A stretch of DNA of 64,000 bases, taken from the NCBI GenBank assembly GCA_018818405.1, contig JAHIRY010000038.1, positions 35,449 through 99,448 of the forward strand, written 5' to 3'. Under the pieces are notes generated by a model. That model worked only from the letters and a program-made list of their open reading frames with translations, did no database searches and was not told where the DNA came from. Positions 10,208 through 19,502 of the stretch are shown here, one piece after another (within the stretch, counting starts at the first letter, position 1; the number at the start of each line of letters is the position of its first letter). The translations under genes and the position numbers were made by a program. Origin of the DNA: Patescibacteria group bacterium (lineage in GTDB: Bacteria; Patescibacteriota; Patescibacteriia; UBA11705; JABHMO01).

Positions 10208-11328
10208 TGCTTAAATTTAAAAAAACATCAGGCTATCACGCGCCAGATTATGTTTTGATTGCCGCCTTCGGATTACTCGTCTTTCTCGGCATTATCATAT
10301 TGTCTTCCGCCGGAGCTGCCATCGGATATCAAAAATTTTCCGACAGCTATTATCTGGTAAAGCATCAAATATTCTACGGACTTTTGCCGGGAATTGCTTT
10401 GTTTTTTCTTTTCTCGAAAATCAATTATCAAATTTGGAAAAAACTGACGCTTCCACTGCTGGTAATTTCCATTCTTCTGCTCATCATTGTTTTTATTCCC
10501 GGAATCGGCGCTGAATACGGAACAGCGAAAAGCTGGATAAATCTGGGAAATTTTTCTTTTCAGCCGGCAGAGCTGGTAAAGCTGACTTTTTTGCTTTACT
10601 TGGCAACATGGCTGGAAAAAAGAGGAATTTTTGGCGTCAAAGATTTTTATTCCGGATTTTTGCCTTTTTTATTTTTGATCGGCGTGATTTCCATTCTAAT
10701 GCTCTTGCAACCGGACATGGGAACCTTGACAATCATAATTTTCATGTGCATTTCGGTTTTCTTCGCATCCGGCGCAAAATTCAAACATGTCGCTTCATTG
10801 CTCATGGCCGGAGCGCTGGCGATTTATCTGTTGATCGTCAAATCTCCGTATCGCGCGGCGAGGCTAACCACTTTTCTCCATCCGGAGCTCGATCCGCAAG
10901 GAATCGGCTATCATATCAACCAAGCTTTTCTGGCAATCGGATCCGGCGGATTTTTCGGCCGAGGATTCGGACATTCCAGACAAAAATTTCTTTATCTTCC
11001 GGAAGTCACCGGCGATTCCATTTTCGCGGTAATGGCCGAGGAGCTCGGATTTTTCCTCTGTCTGTTAATCGTCGGACTTTACATTTTAATTTTTCTGCGC
11101 GGATTGAATATTGCAAAAAAATCTCCCGATCAATTCGGGAAATTAATTGTAATCGGCGTTCTGAGCTGGATTACCTTTCAATCATTTTTTAACATTTCCT
11201 CAATGCTCGGACTCCTGCCCATGACCGGCGTGCCTCTTCCATTCATCAGCTACGGCGGTTCTGCGCTGGCCGTGGGAATGGCCGCTTTCGGCATTGTCAC
11301 AAATATTTCAAAACAAACGCAAGAGTGA
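10207..11328 (+). CDS. ftsW: SEDS peptidoglycan glycosyltransferase
   Basis: FQPAELVK, LQPDMGT, AIGSGG, LPMTGVPLPFISYGGS. Follows murD. Confidence 0.95.
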   Translation: MLKFKKTSGYHAPDYVLIAAFGLLVFLGIIILSSAGAAIGYQKFSDSYYLVKHQIFYGLLPGIALFFLFSKINYQIWKKLTLPLLVISILLLIIVFIPGIGAEYGTAKSWINLGNFSFQPAELVKLTFLLYLATWLEKRGIFGVKDFYSGFLPFLFLIGVISILMLLQPDMGTLTIIIFMCISVFFASGAKFKHVASLLMAGALAIYLLIVKSPYRAARLTTFLHPELDPQGIGYHINQAFLAIGSGGFFGRGFGHSRQKFLYLPEVTGDSIFAVMAEELGFFLCLLIVGLYILIFLRGLNIAKKSPDQFGKLIVIGVLSWITFQSFFNISSMLGLLPMTGVPLPFISYGGSALAVGMAAFGIVTNISKQTQE

Positions 11329-11331
11329 ACG

Positions 11332-11424
11332 AAGCGTTAAAGCGAGAAAGCAAGAAAGCAAGTTAAGCTTGTAAGCTCGCGAGCAAAATACGTTAATTCT
11401 TCGTACAATGCTTATCTCGCTAAT
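11332..11424. repeat. degenerate 8-mer repeat with inverted tail
   Basis: AAGCGTTA AAGCGAGA AAGCAAGA AAGCAAGT TAAGC ... inverted TGCTTATCTCGCTAA. Confidence 0.55.
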
Positions 11425-12605
11425 TACGGCGCCATCTCCCGTAATTTTTTTATTGCCACGGTCAGAGATTTGATAAAAGTATTTACTTCAACTTCAGTAT
11501 TATCTTTTCCCAACGAGATACGAATACTGCCATGCGCCCATTTCGGCTGAACGCCCATGGCGGTCAGCACATGCGACGGTTCCAACGAACCGGATGAACA
11601 CGCGGATCCGGTGGAAACCGCAACGCCATCCATATCGAGAAGCATGAGAATGCTCTCTCCTTCGGCATTTTGAAAACTCACATTGATAATATTCGGCAAT
11701 TGAAATTCTCCTTTGCCGTTGAATCTCACATTTTCGAATTTTTCCAATTCACCGGCAATTTTACTTTTTATTTTTTTTATTTTCTGAATATTTTTTTCCT
11801 GTTCATCAGCCACCAGTTCGACCGCTTTGCCAAGACCGACAATCCCCGGGACATTCAATGTTCCCGGCCGCAAACTGTATTCCTGATGTCCGCCGAAAGC
11901 GAGCGGCTCAAACTTTATTCCTCTTTTTGCAAACAATCCGCCGATTCCTTTCGGTCCGAATATTTTGTGTCCGGAAAAAGAAAGAAAATCAACGCCCAGC
12001 CAATTTACCTGGCAGGGCAAATAATTAAAAGCTTGCACTGCGTCAACATGAAAATAAATCGGCAAACCTTTTTCTCCGCGCCGGTCTCTTTCAACTTTTA
12101 TGATTTCGCTGATTTCTCTGATCGGTTGAATTGATCCGACTTCATTATTGGCGTACATAATGGAAATCAAAACGGTATTCGGCTGAATCAATTCTTTCAA
12201 TTTTTCCAATTTCACAACGCCCGCCGAGTCAACTTCAACAAAACCAGCTTCAATCCCCTCTTTTTTTGAAATCGTTTTAAATACTTCCAAAACAGAAGGA
12301 TGTTCTATTTTCGAAGTGATGATATGCAAATTGTCTTGTGTCTGCAAAAGTGAATTTATAATTCCCTGAATCGCCAAATTATTACTCTCGGTAGCGCCGG
12401 AAGTAAAAATAATTTCCTGCGTTTCACAACTCAAATAATTGGCGATTTTTTCTCTCGCATCATCAATCGCGCTCAGCGCTGATTGTCCCGACGAATGCGC
12501 TGAATTGGGATTGCCGAAATTTTCCTGAAAAAACGGCAACATTTCCTGCAACACGCGAGGATCGACTTTTGTTGTCGCTGAATTATCGTAATAAATTTCT
12601 TTCAT
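11424..12605 (-). CDS. iscS: cysteine desulfurase (IscS/NifS type)
   Basis: YYDNSATT, FTSGATESNN, SGHKIFGPKG, STGSACSS. Confidence 0.95.
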   Translation of the reverse strand: MKEIYYDNSATTKVDPRVLQEMLPFFQENFGNPNSAHSSGQSALSAIDDAREKIANYLSCETQEIIFTSGATESNNLAIQGIINSLLQTQDNLHIITSKIEHPSVLEVFKTISKKEGIEAGFVEVDSAGVVKLEKLKELIQPNTVLISIMYANNEVGSIQPIREISEIIKVERDRRGEKGLPIYFHVDAVQAFNYLPCQVNWLGVDFLSFSGHKIFGPKGIGGLFAKRGIKFEPLAFGGHQEYSLRPGTLNVPGIVGLGKAVELVADEQEKNIQKIKKIKSKIAGELEKFENVRFNGKGEFQLPNIINVSFQNAEGESILMLLDMDGVAVSTGSACSSGSLEPSHVLTAMGVQPKWAHGSIRISLGKDNTEVEVNTFIKSLTVAIKKLREMAP

Positions 12606-12641
12606 AAAAATTATTTTTAAAATTCGTGATAAATTTATTTC

Positions 12642-12866
12642 TTATTCCACGGCAATCACTTCCGTCACTTCAGGCACGGCTTTTTTTATTTTCGCTTCTA
12701 CGAAATTTTTCAAAGTAATCGAAGCCATGGGACAATGCTTGCACGCTCCCTGCAAACGCACTTTTACTATTCCATTGTCATCAACTTCGACAAATTCCAA
12801 ATCGCCGCCATCCATCTGAATCGCCGGACGAATTTCTTCTATTACTTTTTTTACATCTTGCAACAT
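12642..12866 (-). CDS. NifU-C/Nfu-type Fe-S carrier
   Basis: IRPAIQMDGGD...LQGACKHCP. Confidence 0.92.
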   Translation of the reverse strand: MLQDVKKVIEEIRPAIQMDGGDLEFVEVDDNGIVKVRLQGACKHCPMASITLKNFVEAKIKKAVPEVTEVIAVE

Positions 12867-12903
12867 AAACAATTTATTATTTTTAAAATTTGTTAATCGC
12901 ATC

Positions 12904-12926
12904 AGGCGGGTGCAACCCGCCTCTAC
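12904..12926 (-). repeat. GTAG-type REP-like hairpin
   Basis: AGGCGGGTGCAACCCGCCTCTAC (GTAG on the minus strand). Identical copy at 39263-39285. Confidence 0.75.
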
Positions 12927-12934
12927 ATTTTTGA

Positions 12935-13330
12935 TTATCTCGCTTTCTCGCTCACCAACAAATAATTTTCAATCGCTTTTTTCAACGCATTCTGCGCCAA
13001 AATGGAACAATGCTGTTTGATCAACGGCACGCCGCCCAATTCTTCCACAATATCTTGTTTTGTAATTTTCATCGCCGAATCCAAGGTTTTTCCTTTTGCC
13101 AAATCTGTCAGAGAAGAAGAGGCGGCAATGGCAGCGGCGCAACCCAAAGTTTCGAATTTGATGTCATCAATGATTTCCTCGCCGGCTTGATTCTTTTTCA
13201 CTTTAATATAAATTTTCATGATATCACCGCATTTGATATTTCCCGCTTCACCGACAGCGTCAGCATCTTTAATTTTTCCCTGATTGTGCGGATTTTTGAA
13301 ATATTCCAATAATTTTTTTGAATACTGCAT
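12935..13330 (-). CDS. iscU: Fe-S scaffold protein
   Basis: FKNPHN, GNIKCGD, TLGCAAAIA, KQHCS (three Cys). Confidence 0.93.
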   Translation of the reverse strand: MQYSKKLLEYFKNPHNQGKIKDADAVGEAGNIKCGDIMKIYIKVKKNQAGEEIIDDIKFETLGCAAAIAASSSLTDLAKGKTLDSAMKITKQDIVEELGGVPLIKQHCSILAQNALKKAIENYLLVSEKAR

Positions 13331-13423
13331 ATTTTGTTGATTAATTAATGAATTTATAAATGCGACTAGCCAATAATTTATTCCAGGCTACATGATTTAC
13401 TGTTCTATTACTGATTTACGCAA

Positions 13424-13540
13424 TTTCGAATTTAGGATTTAATTGAATTCTAGGCGCAAGATTTTGCGCCTCTACGAAATTCAAAATTTTAAATTGTGCT
13501 CCCTGCCAAGTGCTCTTTGCTCCCTGCTCATTGCTCGCTG
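13424..13540. repeat. composite repeat: REP-like hairpin plus TGCTCCC-like heptamers
   Basis: TTTCGAATTTAG...AATTGAATTC.AGGCGCAAGATTTTGCGCC followed by TGCTCCC/TGCTCTT units. Same arrangement at 39207-39344. Confidence 0.65.
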
Positions 13541-13574
13541 AAACCAAACTTTCAACTAACACTATATTCTAACC

Positions 13575-13964
13575 TCAAATCAACTCCGCCAAACTAATCT
13601 CACCCAATGTTTTTCTGATCTGGCTGTAAAGCTTTGCCCAGACAGGATGAATTTTGCATTTTTTCGAATTGCAATGGATTCCTTTATCCGCGCAAGAAAA
13701 CGGCGCAACAGAACCATCCAAAGCTTCAATCATTTCCAAAACACTGATTTCTTTTGCCGGCCGAGTCAAATAATATCCGCCCTTTGCGCCCAGATCAGCC
13801 CGAATAAGCTCAGCTTTTTTCAGCTGAGCGAACAATCTTTCCAGATAAGCAAGGGAAAGGCCTTCTTCCTTGGCAATCATTGCCAAAGAAACCGGATTTT
13901 CTCCGTTTTTGTCCAGATGCACGATGGCGCGCAATCCGTATTCCGATTTGGTTGAAAATTTCAT
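13575..13964 (-). CDS. Rrf2 family regulator, IscR-like
   Basis: STKSEYGLRA, YLERLF, GAKGGY, and C-x6-C-x4-C-x2-H cluster ligands. Confidence 0.9.
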   Translation of the reverse strand: MKFSTKSEYGLRAIVHLDKNGENPVSLAMIAKEEGLSLAYLERLFAQLKKAELIRADLGAKGGYYLTRPAKEISVLEMIEALDGSVAPFSCADKGIHCNSKKCKIHPVWAKLYSQIRKTLGEISLAELI

Positions 13965-13968
13965 AAAA

Positions 13969-14021
13969 CCAACCCTTTTAGTAGGTCTTTGTCATTATAG
14001 CAAAAAAATAAACCTTGTCAA
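13969..14021 (-). promoter_or_regulatory. promoter and putative Rrf2 operator for the isc operon
   Basis: Minus strand TTGACA-N16-TATAAT with extended TG, followed by GACCTACTAAAAGGGTTGG, which resembles Rrf2/IscR boxes. Confidence 0.6.
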
Positions 14022-14067
14022 TAAAAAAATTCGCCCGGCAACAGTTGTTGCCGGGCTCGGTTTTTTT
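14022..14067. terminator. intrinsic terminator after prs
   Basis: GCCCGGCAACA-gt-TGTTGCCGGGC with flanking A and T tracts. Confidence 0.8.
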
Positions 14068-15081
14068 CTACAGCTCCGGATCAATGTCATCATAAAGCTT
14101 GCGCTTGTATGCTTCCAATGAACCGCCATCATGAATGATTTGAATCGCGTCAGCAAAGTATCTCATTGCCGAAAGAACTCGAAGTTTCGGAATTCTCTTT
14201 TCCGCGGGAATGGGAATCGTATCCATGAAAATAACTTCCTTGACCAAAGGATGCTCTTGCAACTTTCTCAAATTTGCCAGATTGGTCAAAACAGGATGCG
14301 TCACCGCGATTCGCAAAGAAGCCAATCCCTGTTCCGCTAAAAAATCGGCGGAAACGAGAATTGTCCCCAAACTCATCGCCTCATCATCAAACATCCAGCC
14401 GTGCTTGCCCTTGACCTCGCCGATCATTGCCACAGGCACCGCCTTTTCCGAGTCATCATAGCGCCGTTTATCAATAATCGCGATCGGAATTTTCAACATG
14501 CTGGCAATGGGACCGGCATGCTTCCCTTCATTGATATCCGGAGCAATAACCACCGAATCGGTCAAATCATAATTGAGAATAATTTCTCGAGAAAAAATTG
14601 CTTTGGAGCGAAGAGTTTCCACTTTGCACTTGCCTTCGTCGAAAAACCCATTTATTTGCAAAAAATGAGGATCCATCAAAAGAACGCCTTGCGCTCCCGC
14701 CTCTTGCAACAAATCCGCAAAAAGTTTGGCTCCGAGAGTTGATCGCGGATGATCCTTTTTGTCGCTTCGAATATATGGCATATACGGAAGAACCGCAATA
14801 ATCCGTTCAGAGCCATTGTCACGCAAAGTTCGAAGAAGACAGAGCAACTCGAGGATATGCTCGCTCACATTCGGCGACTGCGTCTGAATAACGAAACAAG
14901 TAAACCCGCGGACATTTTTTTTGACATCCACCAAAAAATTTCCATTGGAAAACAATTTGATTTGCGGGCTGTCCGGCGGTCCATCTGTCGGCTCTTCCAG
15001 CGGCACGCACAGTTGGCGCGCCACCATTCTGGCAAATTCGATATGCGAACTGCCAGAGAAAAGTCTGATTCCGTGCGACAT
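14068..15081 (-). CDS. prs: ribose-phosphate pyrophosphokinase
   Basis: LFSGSSH, PYMPYIRSDKK, MDPH, IAPD, IDKRR, FDDEAMSLGT, VTHPVL. Confidence 0.92.
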   Translation of the reverse strand: MSHGIRLFSGSSHIEFARMVARQLCVPLEEPTDGPPDSPQIKLFSNGNFLVDVKKNVRGFTCFVIQTQSPNVSEHILELLCLLRTLRDNGSERIIAVLPYMPYIRSDKKDHPRSTLGAKLFADLLQEAGAQGVLLMDPHFLQINGFFDEGKCKVETLRSKAIFSREIILNYDLTDSVVIAPDINEGKHAGPIASMLKIPIAIIDKRRYDDSEKAVPVAMIGEVKGKHGWMFDDEAMSLGTILVSADFLAEQGLASLRIAVTHPVLTNLANLRKLQEHPLVKEVIFMDTIPIPAEKRIPKLRVLSAMRYFADAIQIIHDGGSLEAYKRKLYDDIDPEL

Positions 15082-15221
15082 GATTTGTCCCTCCTTTTGC
15101 TGCGGAAATCCGCTTAAATTTTAACGCTAATCATTCATCGTGTCAAAAAAAAACGCCCGATTGTGGACAGTTTTGAAAAAATTAAATTAACCACTTATTT
15201 TACCTGTCAAACGGGGAGGAA

Positions 15222-15316
15222 AGAGATTGAGAGATTGAGAGATTCAGTAAATGAATAATTTTAGAACTAAAAATTACTCAATCTCTCTATCTCTAAATCT
15301 CTCAGTATCTCAATCC
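15222..15316. repeat. inverted arrays of degenerate 8-mer GAGATTGA
   Basis: (GAGATTGA)x3 faces TCAATCTC/TCTATCTC/TAAATCTC units. Confidence 0.6.
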
Positions 15317-15330
15317 CACCTTCCGTCAAA

Positions 15331-16221
15331 CTATTTGGAAATCAACAAAATCCGCTTTTGTCCTTCCAATATTTTCACGGCCTTTTCCGAGTCGCTCAGA
15401 TTAGACTCGTACATGCGGATCGGCGAACCGTTTTTGTCCGGCGGCAAGTCATGAATCGCGTTCATTATAACATCTTGCTTAAATTTAAAACCGTTTCCCT
15501 TTGTGCGAGTGCCCGGATCATTGGTAATAAAATATTTGCCGTCATATCCGCGAATTACCAAATAATGAAAAATCGGCCCGAGGCCGGAATAATACGGTCC
15601 ATTAAGCTCTCTGCCGGCGGTCGGAACAATCACAATCGAATTATCAGCCAATGCTTTTTTAATGGAATCAATGGAAACATCATCTCTTATCTCCGCTTTC
15701 AATCCGAAATATTCTTCAGCCATTTTTTTCGATTCATCCAAAGTCGTATCAGTATATGCTCCGAACATTTTCTTTTCCCACTCAACCAATTTTAAAATTT
15801 CCGTATTTGCAACCGATTCTGAAACTTCTTTTTCTCCCTTAAAATATTTGGCCGCTGAAATCAAGGCCGCTTCTTCGCAAGCTTCCTGATACGGCAATCC
15901 CCAATCGCCGGTCGGAGCTTGAGATACGAAAGGAGCTTTCAAATCCAAACTTTTCGGCAAATCCGATTCATCATCTTGATTCATATTTGCAATATTCGCG
16001 ACAGTTTCTCTGATCGGTTCTGTCACTTTCGCCACGGCTTCAACCGCTTTTTTTACAACAGAAGTTTCCTCTTTTTCCACAGCGACAACCGCGGCTTCTT
16101 CCTTCACTGCGGGAATATTATCAATCTTTGTTTCATTCAAATCAAAATCTGCTTCACTCGTACATCCGGAAAGCAAAAATGCTAAAATTAGAATTCCCAG
16201 GATTGAAATTTCTTTATTCAT
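15331..16221 (-). CDS. C39-like (papain-fold) peptidase lipoprotein
   Basis: Lipobox LLSGC. PFVSQAP...EACEEA (Cys), FHYLVIRGYD (His), TNDPG (Asp). Confidence 0.8.
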   Translation of the reverse strand: MNKEISILGILILAFLLSGCTSEADFDLNETKIDNIPAVKEEAAVVAVEKEETSVVKKAVEAVAKVTEPIRETVANIANMNQDDESDLPKSLDLKAPFVSQAPTGDWGLPYQEACEEAALISAAKYFKGEKEVSESVANTEILKLVEWEKKMFGAYTDTTLDESKKMAEEYFGLKAEIRDDVSIDSIKKALADNSIVIVPTAGRELNGPYYSGLGPIFHYLVIRGYDGKYFITNDPGTRTKGNGFKFKQDVIMNAIHDLPPDKNGSPIRMYESNLSDSEKAVKILEGQKRILLISK

Positions 16222-16262
16222 ATTGGATAATATACAACATTTCGTATATTTGCACAAATCGC

Positions 16263-16291
16263 TTGACATTTGGGAATATTTTGGATAAACT
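16263..16291 (+). promoter_or_regulatory. sigma70 promoter for rpmA
   Basis: TTGACA-N17-TAAACT. Confidence 0.6.
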
Positions 16292-16325
16292 GATTAAGCG
16301 ATAAAATAATAATAATTTTAGCGAT

Positions 16326-16607
16326 ATGGCACATAAGAAAGCGGGCGGCAGTACCGCCCTGGGCCGAGACTCTGCCGGACAAAGGCTCGGAATAAAAAAA
16401 TCTGGCGGACAGACGGTAAAATCGGGAAATATCATTGTGCGCCAGAGAGGAACAAAGGTTCATCCCGGTAAAAATGTAATGATCGGCGGCGATGACACGC
16501 TCTTCGCCACATCAGCCGGCAATGTAAAATTCCTGCGCAAAAAAGTCAAAAATTTTACCGGCAAATTGAAAAAACGAATTTTTGTCAGTATTGTAGCGGC
16601 AAAGTAA
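16326..16607 (+). CDS. rpmA: 50S ribosomal protein L27
   Basis: [18 protein letters not shown]...IIVRQRGT...DDTLFA. Confidence 0.98.
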   Translation: MAHKKAGGSTALGRDSAGQRLGIKKSGGQTVKSGNIIVRQRGTKVHPGKNVMIGGDDTLFATSAGNVKFLRKKVKNFTGKLKKRIFVSIVAAK

Positions 16608-16615
16608 AACTTCTA

Positions 16616-16682
16616 AAAACAGAGTTAAATCTCTGTTTTTTGTTTGACAAAAAAATGCGGGAGAAAATGTTATTTCTCCCGC
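16616..16682. terminator. two back-to-back terminators
   Basis: AAAAACAGAG...CTCTGTTTTTT, then A-tract plus GCGGGAGAAA...TTTCTCCCGC. Confidence 0.7.
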
Positions 16683-16689
16683 GTATTAC

Positions 16690-18720
16690 TCATTCAAAGC
16701 ACTGAAAATCCCTGAACCAAATTTCTCCTTCTCCTCGAGGATCGATTTGGCCGGGAATGATATCGATTTCATGATTGCATGAAACATTGGCCGCCCGCCA
16801 ATCATAACAGCTCCATTCATGCGGAGCGATGCAAGCGCAATTGAAATCAATCCACGAATTTCCCCGCAGACAGATCTCATCAATGTCCGAATCGATCACC
16901 GCCGGATTGCCGACCGCGCTCTTGTCCGCGGAATACCACGCATACGCGCGCATTCCCGCCGGACAAGTGATGGTGCAGCGAACCGACAAATCGATTTCAT
17001 CGCTCGCTTCGTTTTCTTCTTCCCGCTCAACTCCTTCATCATCAATCGCTTCTTCCGGCACATTTTCCGCTGATTCAACTTCTTCTTCCGGAGGATTTTC
17101 CAACGCTGGGGATTCTTCTTCAGGCAAAGAAACTTCCTCTTCTTCAACCGGTTCTTCTTCCGACTCCGGTTCTTCATCATCAATCGCTTCTTCCGGCAAA
17201 GATTCTGCCGGTTCTTCCGGAGGATTTTCATTCGGTATTTGAAATTCTTCCTCATCCAGAATCATTGTGCATTGGCCATTGACGCAAGAGCAGTCCGCCG
17301 GACACCAAGATCCGACATCCACCGCTCCATCGCAATCATTGTCCAGTCCGTCGCAAACTTCTTCCGCTCCCGGAAAGATTCGCGCATTGTTGTCATCGCA
17401 ATCGCCTTCTTCAATGCCGGAACCGTCGCCATCCGAATCAGTTGATTCCACCTCGGCAACGCCGGCGACGCTCAGAAGTCCGTCCATCAAACATTGGCTC
17501 GCGCTTTCCATGGAAATCATCTGTCCGAGTGAAGAAACACTCGAATTGAACTGTTCCTCATTTGCGAGCCAATAAACCTGGCGGCTGTATCCCATCAAAT
17601 TGAAAACTTCCCAGCCGTCAAAAGGCATCAATTCTCCATTTCCCGTCACAAAGAAAATCACTCCGCTCCCATAGCCCGGAAGATCGAATGACGGCTTGAT
17701 CAACGTTCCCGCCCGGCTATAGAGAACTCCGCCAAAATTGCAGCGGTTGTAATATTCGGCTCTGGCGACCGGTTCTGCCAGATTGCGGAGCGCTCCGGGA
17801 ATTTTCCATGTATTGAAACTGAATTCCGATGAAAATTGATAGTAAGCGCAAGACTCGCTGTCAGCGCTCTGCCGTTCCATGAGATAAATTCTTGAATTGA
17901 CTTGAAAAACTTCTCTATACGGCTCCCAGGAAATTTCTCCGCCATATTGATAGCAGGAGAGCTCGCGCTGAGAAACCGTCAGAATTCTCTGCCAATCGAA
18001 ATTGTGCGCATTGAAAACATCTTCATCGAAAATCCAAAACGCGCTTCCGCCGATCAGCAGATATACGCGCGGATCACCGGCCACTTTTATCAACGAATCA
18101 TTCGGATGCCAGGAAACCGCATTGTTGTCATCATGGACAACGAGCGCGCTTCTATTGGATGTTCGCCACGAACGGTCAAAATCATCCAATGAATAGCGCA
18201 AAAAAGCGCCGTGCGTTTTTCCCGGATCATGGACAATCAATTCTTCTCCTTCGATGCCGACCGCAACCATGAAATGTCCCAACCTCTGCGGATCCATTTG
18301 GATATTGACTCCGACGATCACCGGATTTCCGGCTGACAATTCATCTCTGATAAAATCAATATTGCTGTTCGCCTGACTGCTGACAAGACTGAACTGGTAA
18401 TAAACCTCCAAAATATCTTTGAGCTGACTGATGGAAGTGACATTTCCGTCGTAATATTCGGCATTTGCCTGAGGAGAAATGTAATCCCAATGGTACAGCC
18501 AATCAACGATGCTCATGGTGTCGCCGGCGGTCGGCTCGAATTGCAGATGGTAGGCCGCAACCATGAGCGCGCTTGTCGGTCCGCAATTCATGTTTTTGTT
18601 CCAATCTCCGGGCGGTGATTGCGGAATGAACGGCGCGCCGTCCAACAACGTTGCTTGCGCTGAGGTTGCTGAAAGCAAAAGACCGATGATGACGGCAAAG
18701 GCGAAAACTTTACGGTTCAT
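16690..18720 (-). CDS. secreted C39-like peptidase with HPxxxLIK-type repeats, a MopE-like metal-binding motif and an acidic linker
   Basis: Signal peptide (AQA). NCGPTS/GHFMV/HDP triad. DSDGDG...DCDD...PGAEEVCDGLDNDCDG. Glu-rich duplicated segment. Confidence 0.8.
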   Translation of the reverse strand: MNRKVFAFAVIIGLLLSATSAQATLLDGAPFIPQSPPGDWNKNMNCGPTSALMVAAYHLQFEPTAGDTMSIVDWLYHWDYISPQANAEYYDGNVTSISQLKDILEVYYQFSLVSSQANSNIDFIRDELSAGNPVIVGVNIQMDPQRLGHFMVAVGIEGEELIVHDPGKTHGAFLRYSLDDFDRSWRTSNRSALVVHDDNNAVSWHPNDSLIKVAGDPRVYLLIGGSAFWIFDEDVFNAHNFDWQRILTVSQRELSCYQYGGEISWEPYREVFQVNSRIYLMERQSADSESCAYYQFSSEFSFNTWKIPGALRNLAEPVARAEYYNRCNFGGVLYSRAGTLIKPSFDLPGYGSGVIFFVTGNGELMPFDGWEVFNLMGYSRQVYWLANEEQFNSSVSSLGQMISMESASQCLMDGLLSVAGVAEVESTDSDGDGSGIEEGDCDDNNARIFPGAEEVCDGLDNDCDGAVDVGSWCPADCSCVNGQCTMILDEEEFQIPNENPPEEPAESLPEEAIDDEEPESEEEPVEEEEVSLPEEESPALENPPEEEVESAENVPEEAIDDEGVEREEENEASDEIDLSVRCTITCPAGMRAYAWYSADKSAVGNPAVIDSDIDEICLRGNSWIDFNCACIAPHEWSCYDWRAANVSCNHEIDIIPGQIDPRGEGEIWFRDFQCFE

Positions 18721-18753
18721 GGCTATTCTCCTGTTGTCTGTGAGTTTGCCGGG

Positions 18754-19458
18754 TTAAAACCGAAACCAACGAAGAAACGTGTTGAAAACCCGTTTCAATT
18801 CTTCCTGATTCCGGCCGGCGGGAAAAAAGGCAATGTCGTAAATGAAACCGGAACCCTGGACAAAAATTCTCGGTTCTCCGTAATAAATTCCGGAAACCCG
18901 TTTTGCTTGAATTGCGTTCAACTCTTTTCGCACGGGGATGACCAGCTTTTCATGTTCAGTGACAATTCCGCTGTAGATTTCTTCGAAAAATTGATTCCAA
19001 TCAGACACAGTCGTCTGATATACATCCACGCTGATCAAATTGAATTCCGTCGCGTATTTCTCAGAATTCACTTCCACGCTTCCCGACTCTCCGGTAAAAT
19101 AATCCGCCGGCGCCGCGCCTCCCTGAGCAATGAATTTTTCCGTGTCTTTCACTCGGATCGAATAGCGGATGAATTTTCCTCCGCCGCTGTCATTTCCCAG
19201 CAATTCCACTTGCCAACCGGCCGGATACTTGAAATCAAAACGATTGACGGAAAACTGCAGCCAATTGTCAGCCGGAATTGTGTCCGCGGTCAGAGCCGCC
19301 GGAGCGACAGCGTCGCCGAAACGGGTTTGCTTCACTTCTCCCGCTTCCGGCAAAAGCTCTGTCTCGATCTCTTTCTGTTGCCGGCATCCGGCGAGAAAAA
19401 TGAGCGACCAGAAAACGATCACTGTGAAAACCGGCAAATTTTTTTTGAAAGTTGTCAT
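18754..19458 (-). CDS. lipoprotein with PsbP-like domain
   Basis: Lipobox LAGC. FDFKYPAGW and FNTFLRWFRF end. RBS AAGGAG. Confidence 0.6.
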   Translation of the reverse strand: MTTFKKNLPVFTVIVFWSLIFLAGCRQQKEIETELLPEAGEVKQTRFGDAVAPAALTADTIPADNWLQFSVNRFDFKYPAGWQVELLGNDSGGGKFIRYSIRVKDTEKFIAQGGAAPADYFTGESGSVEVNSEKYATEFNLISVDVYQTTVSDWNQFFEEIYSGIVTEHEKLVIPVRKELNAIQAKRVSGIYYGEPRIFVQGSGFIYDIAFFPAGRNQEELKRVFNTFLRWFRF

Positions 19459-19502
19459 AGCGTTTCTCCTTTTTGCCAAACAAGTTGTTCAGCTGTTATT
19501 TG

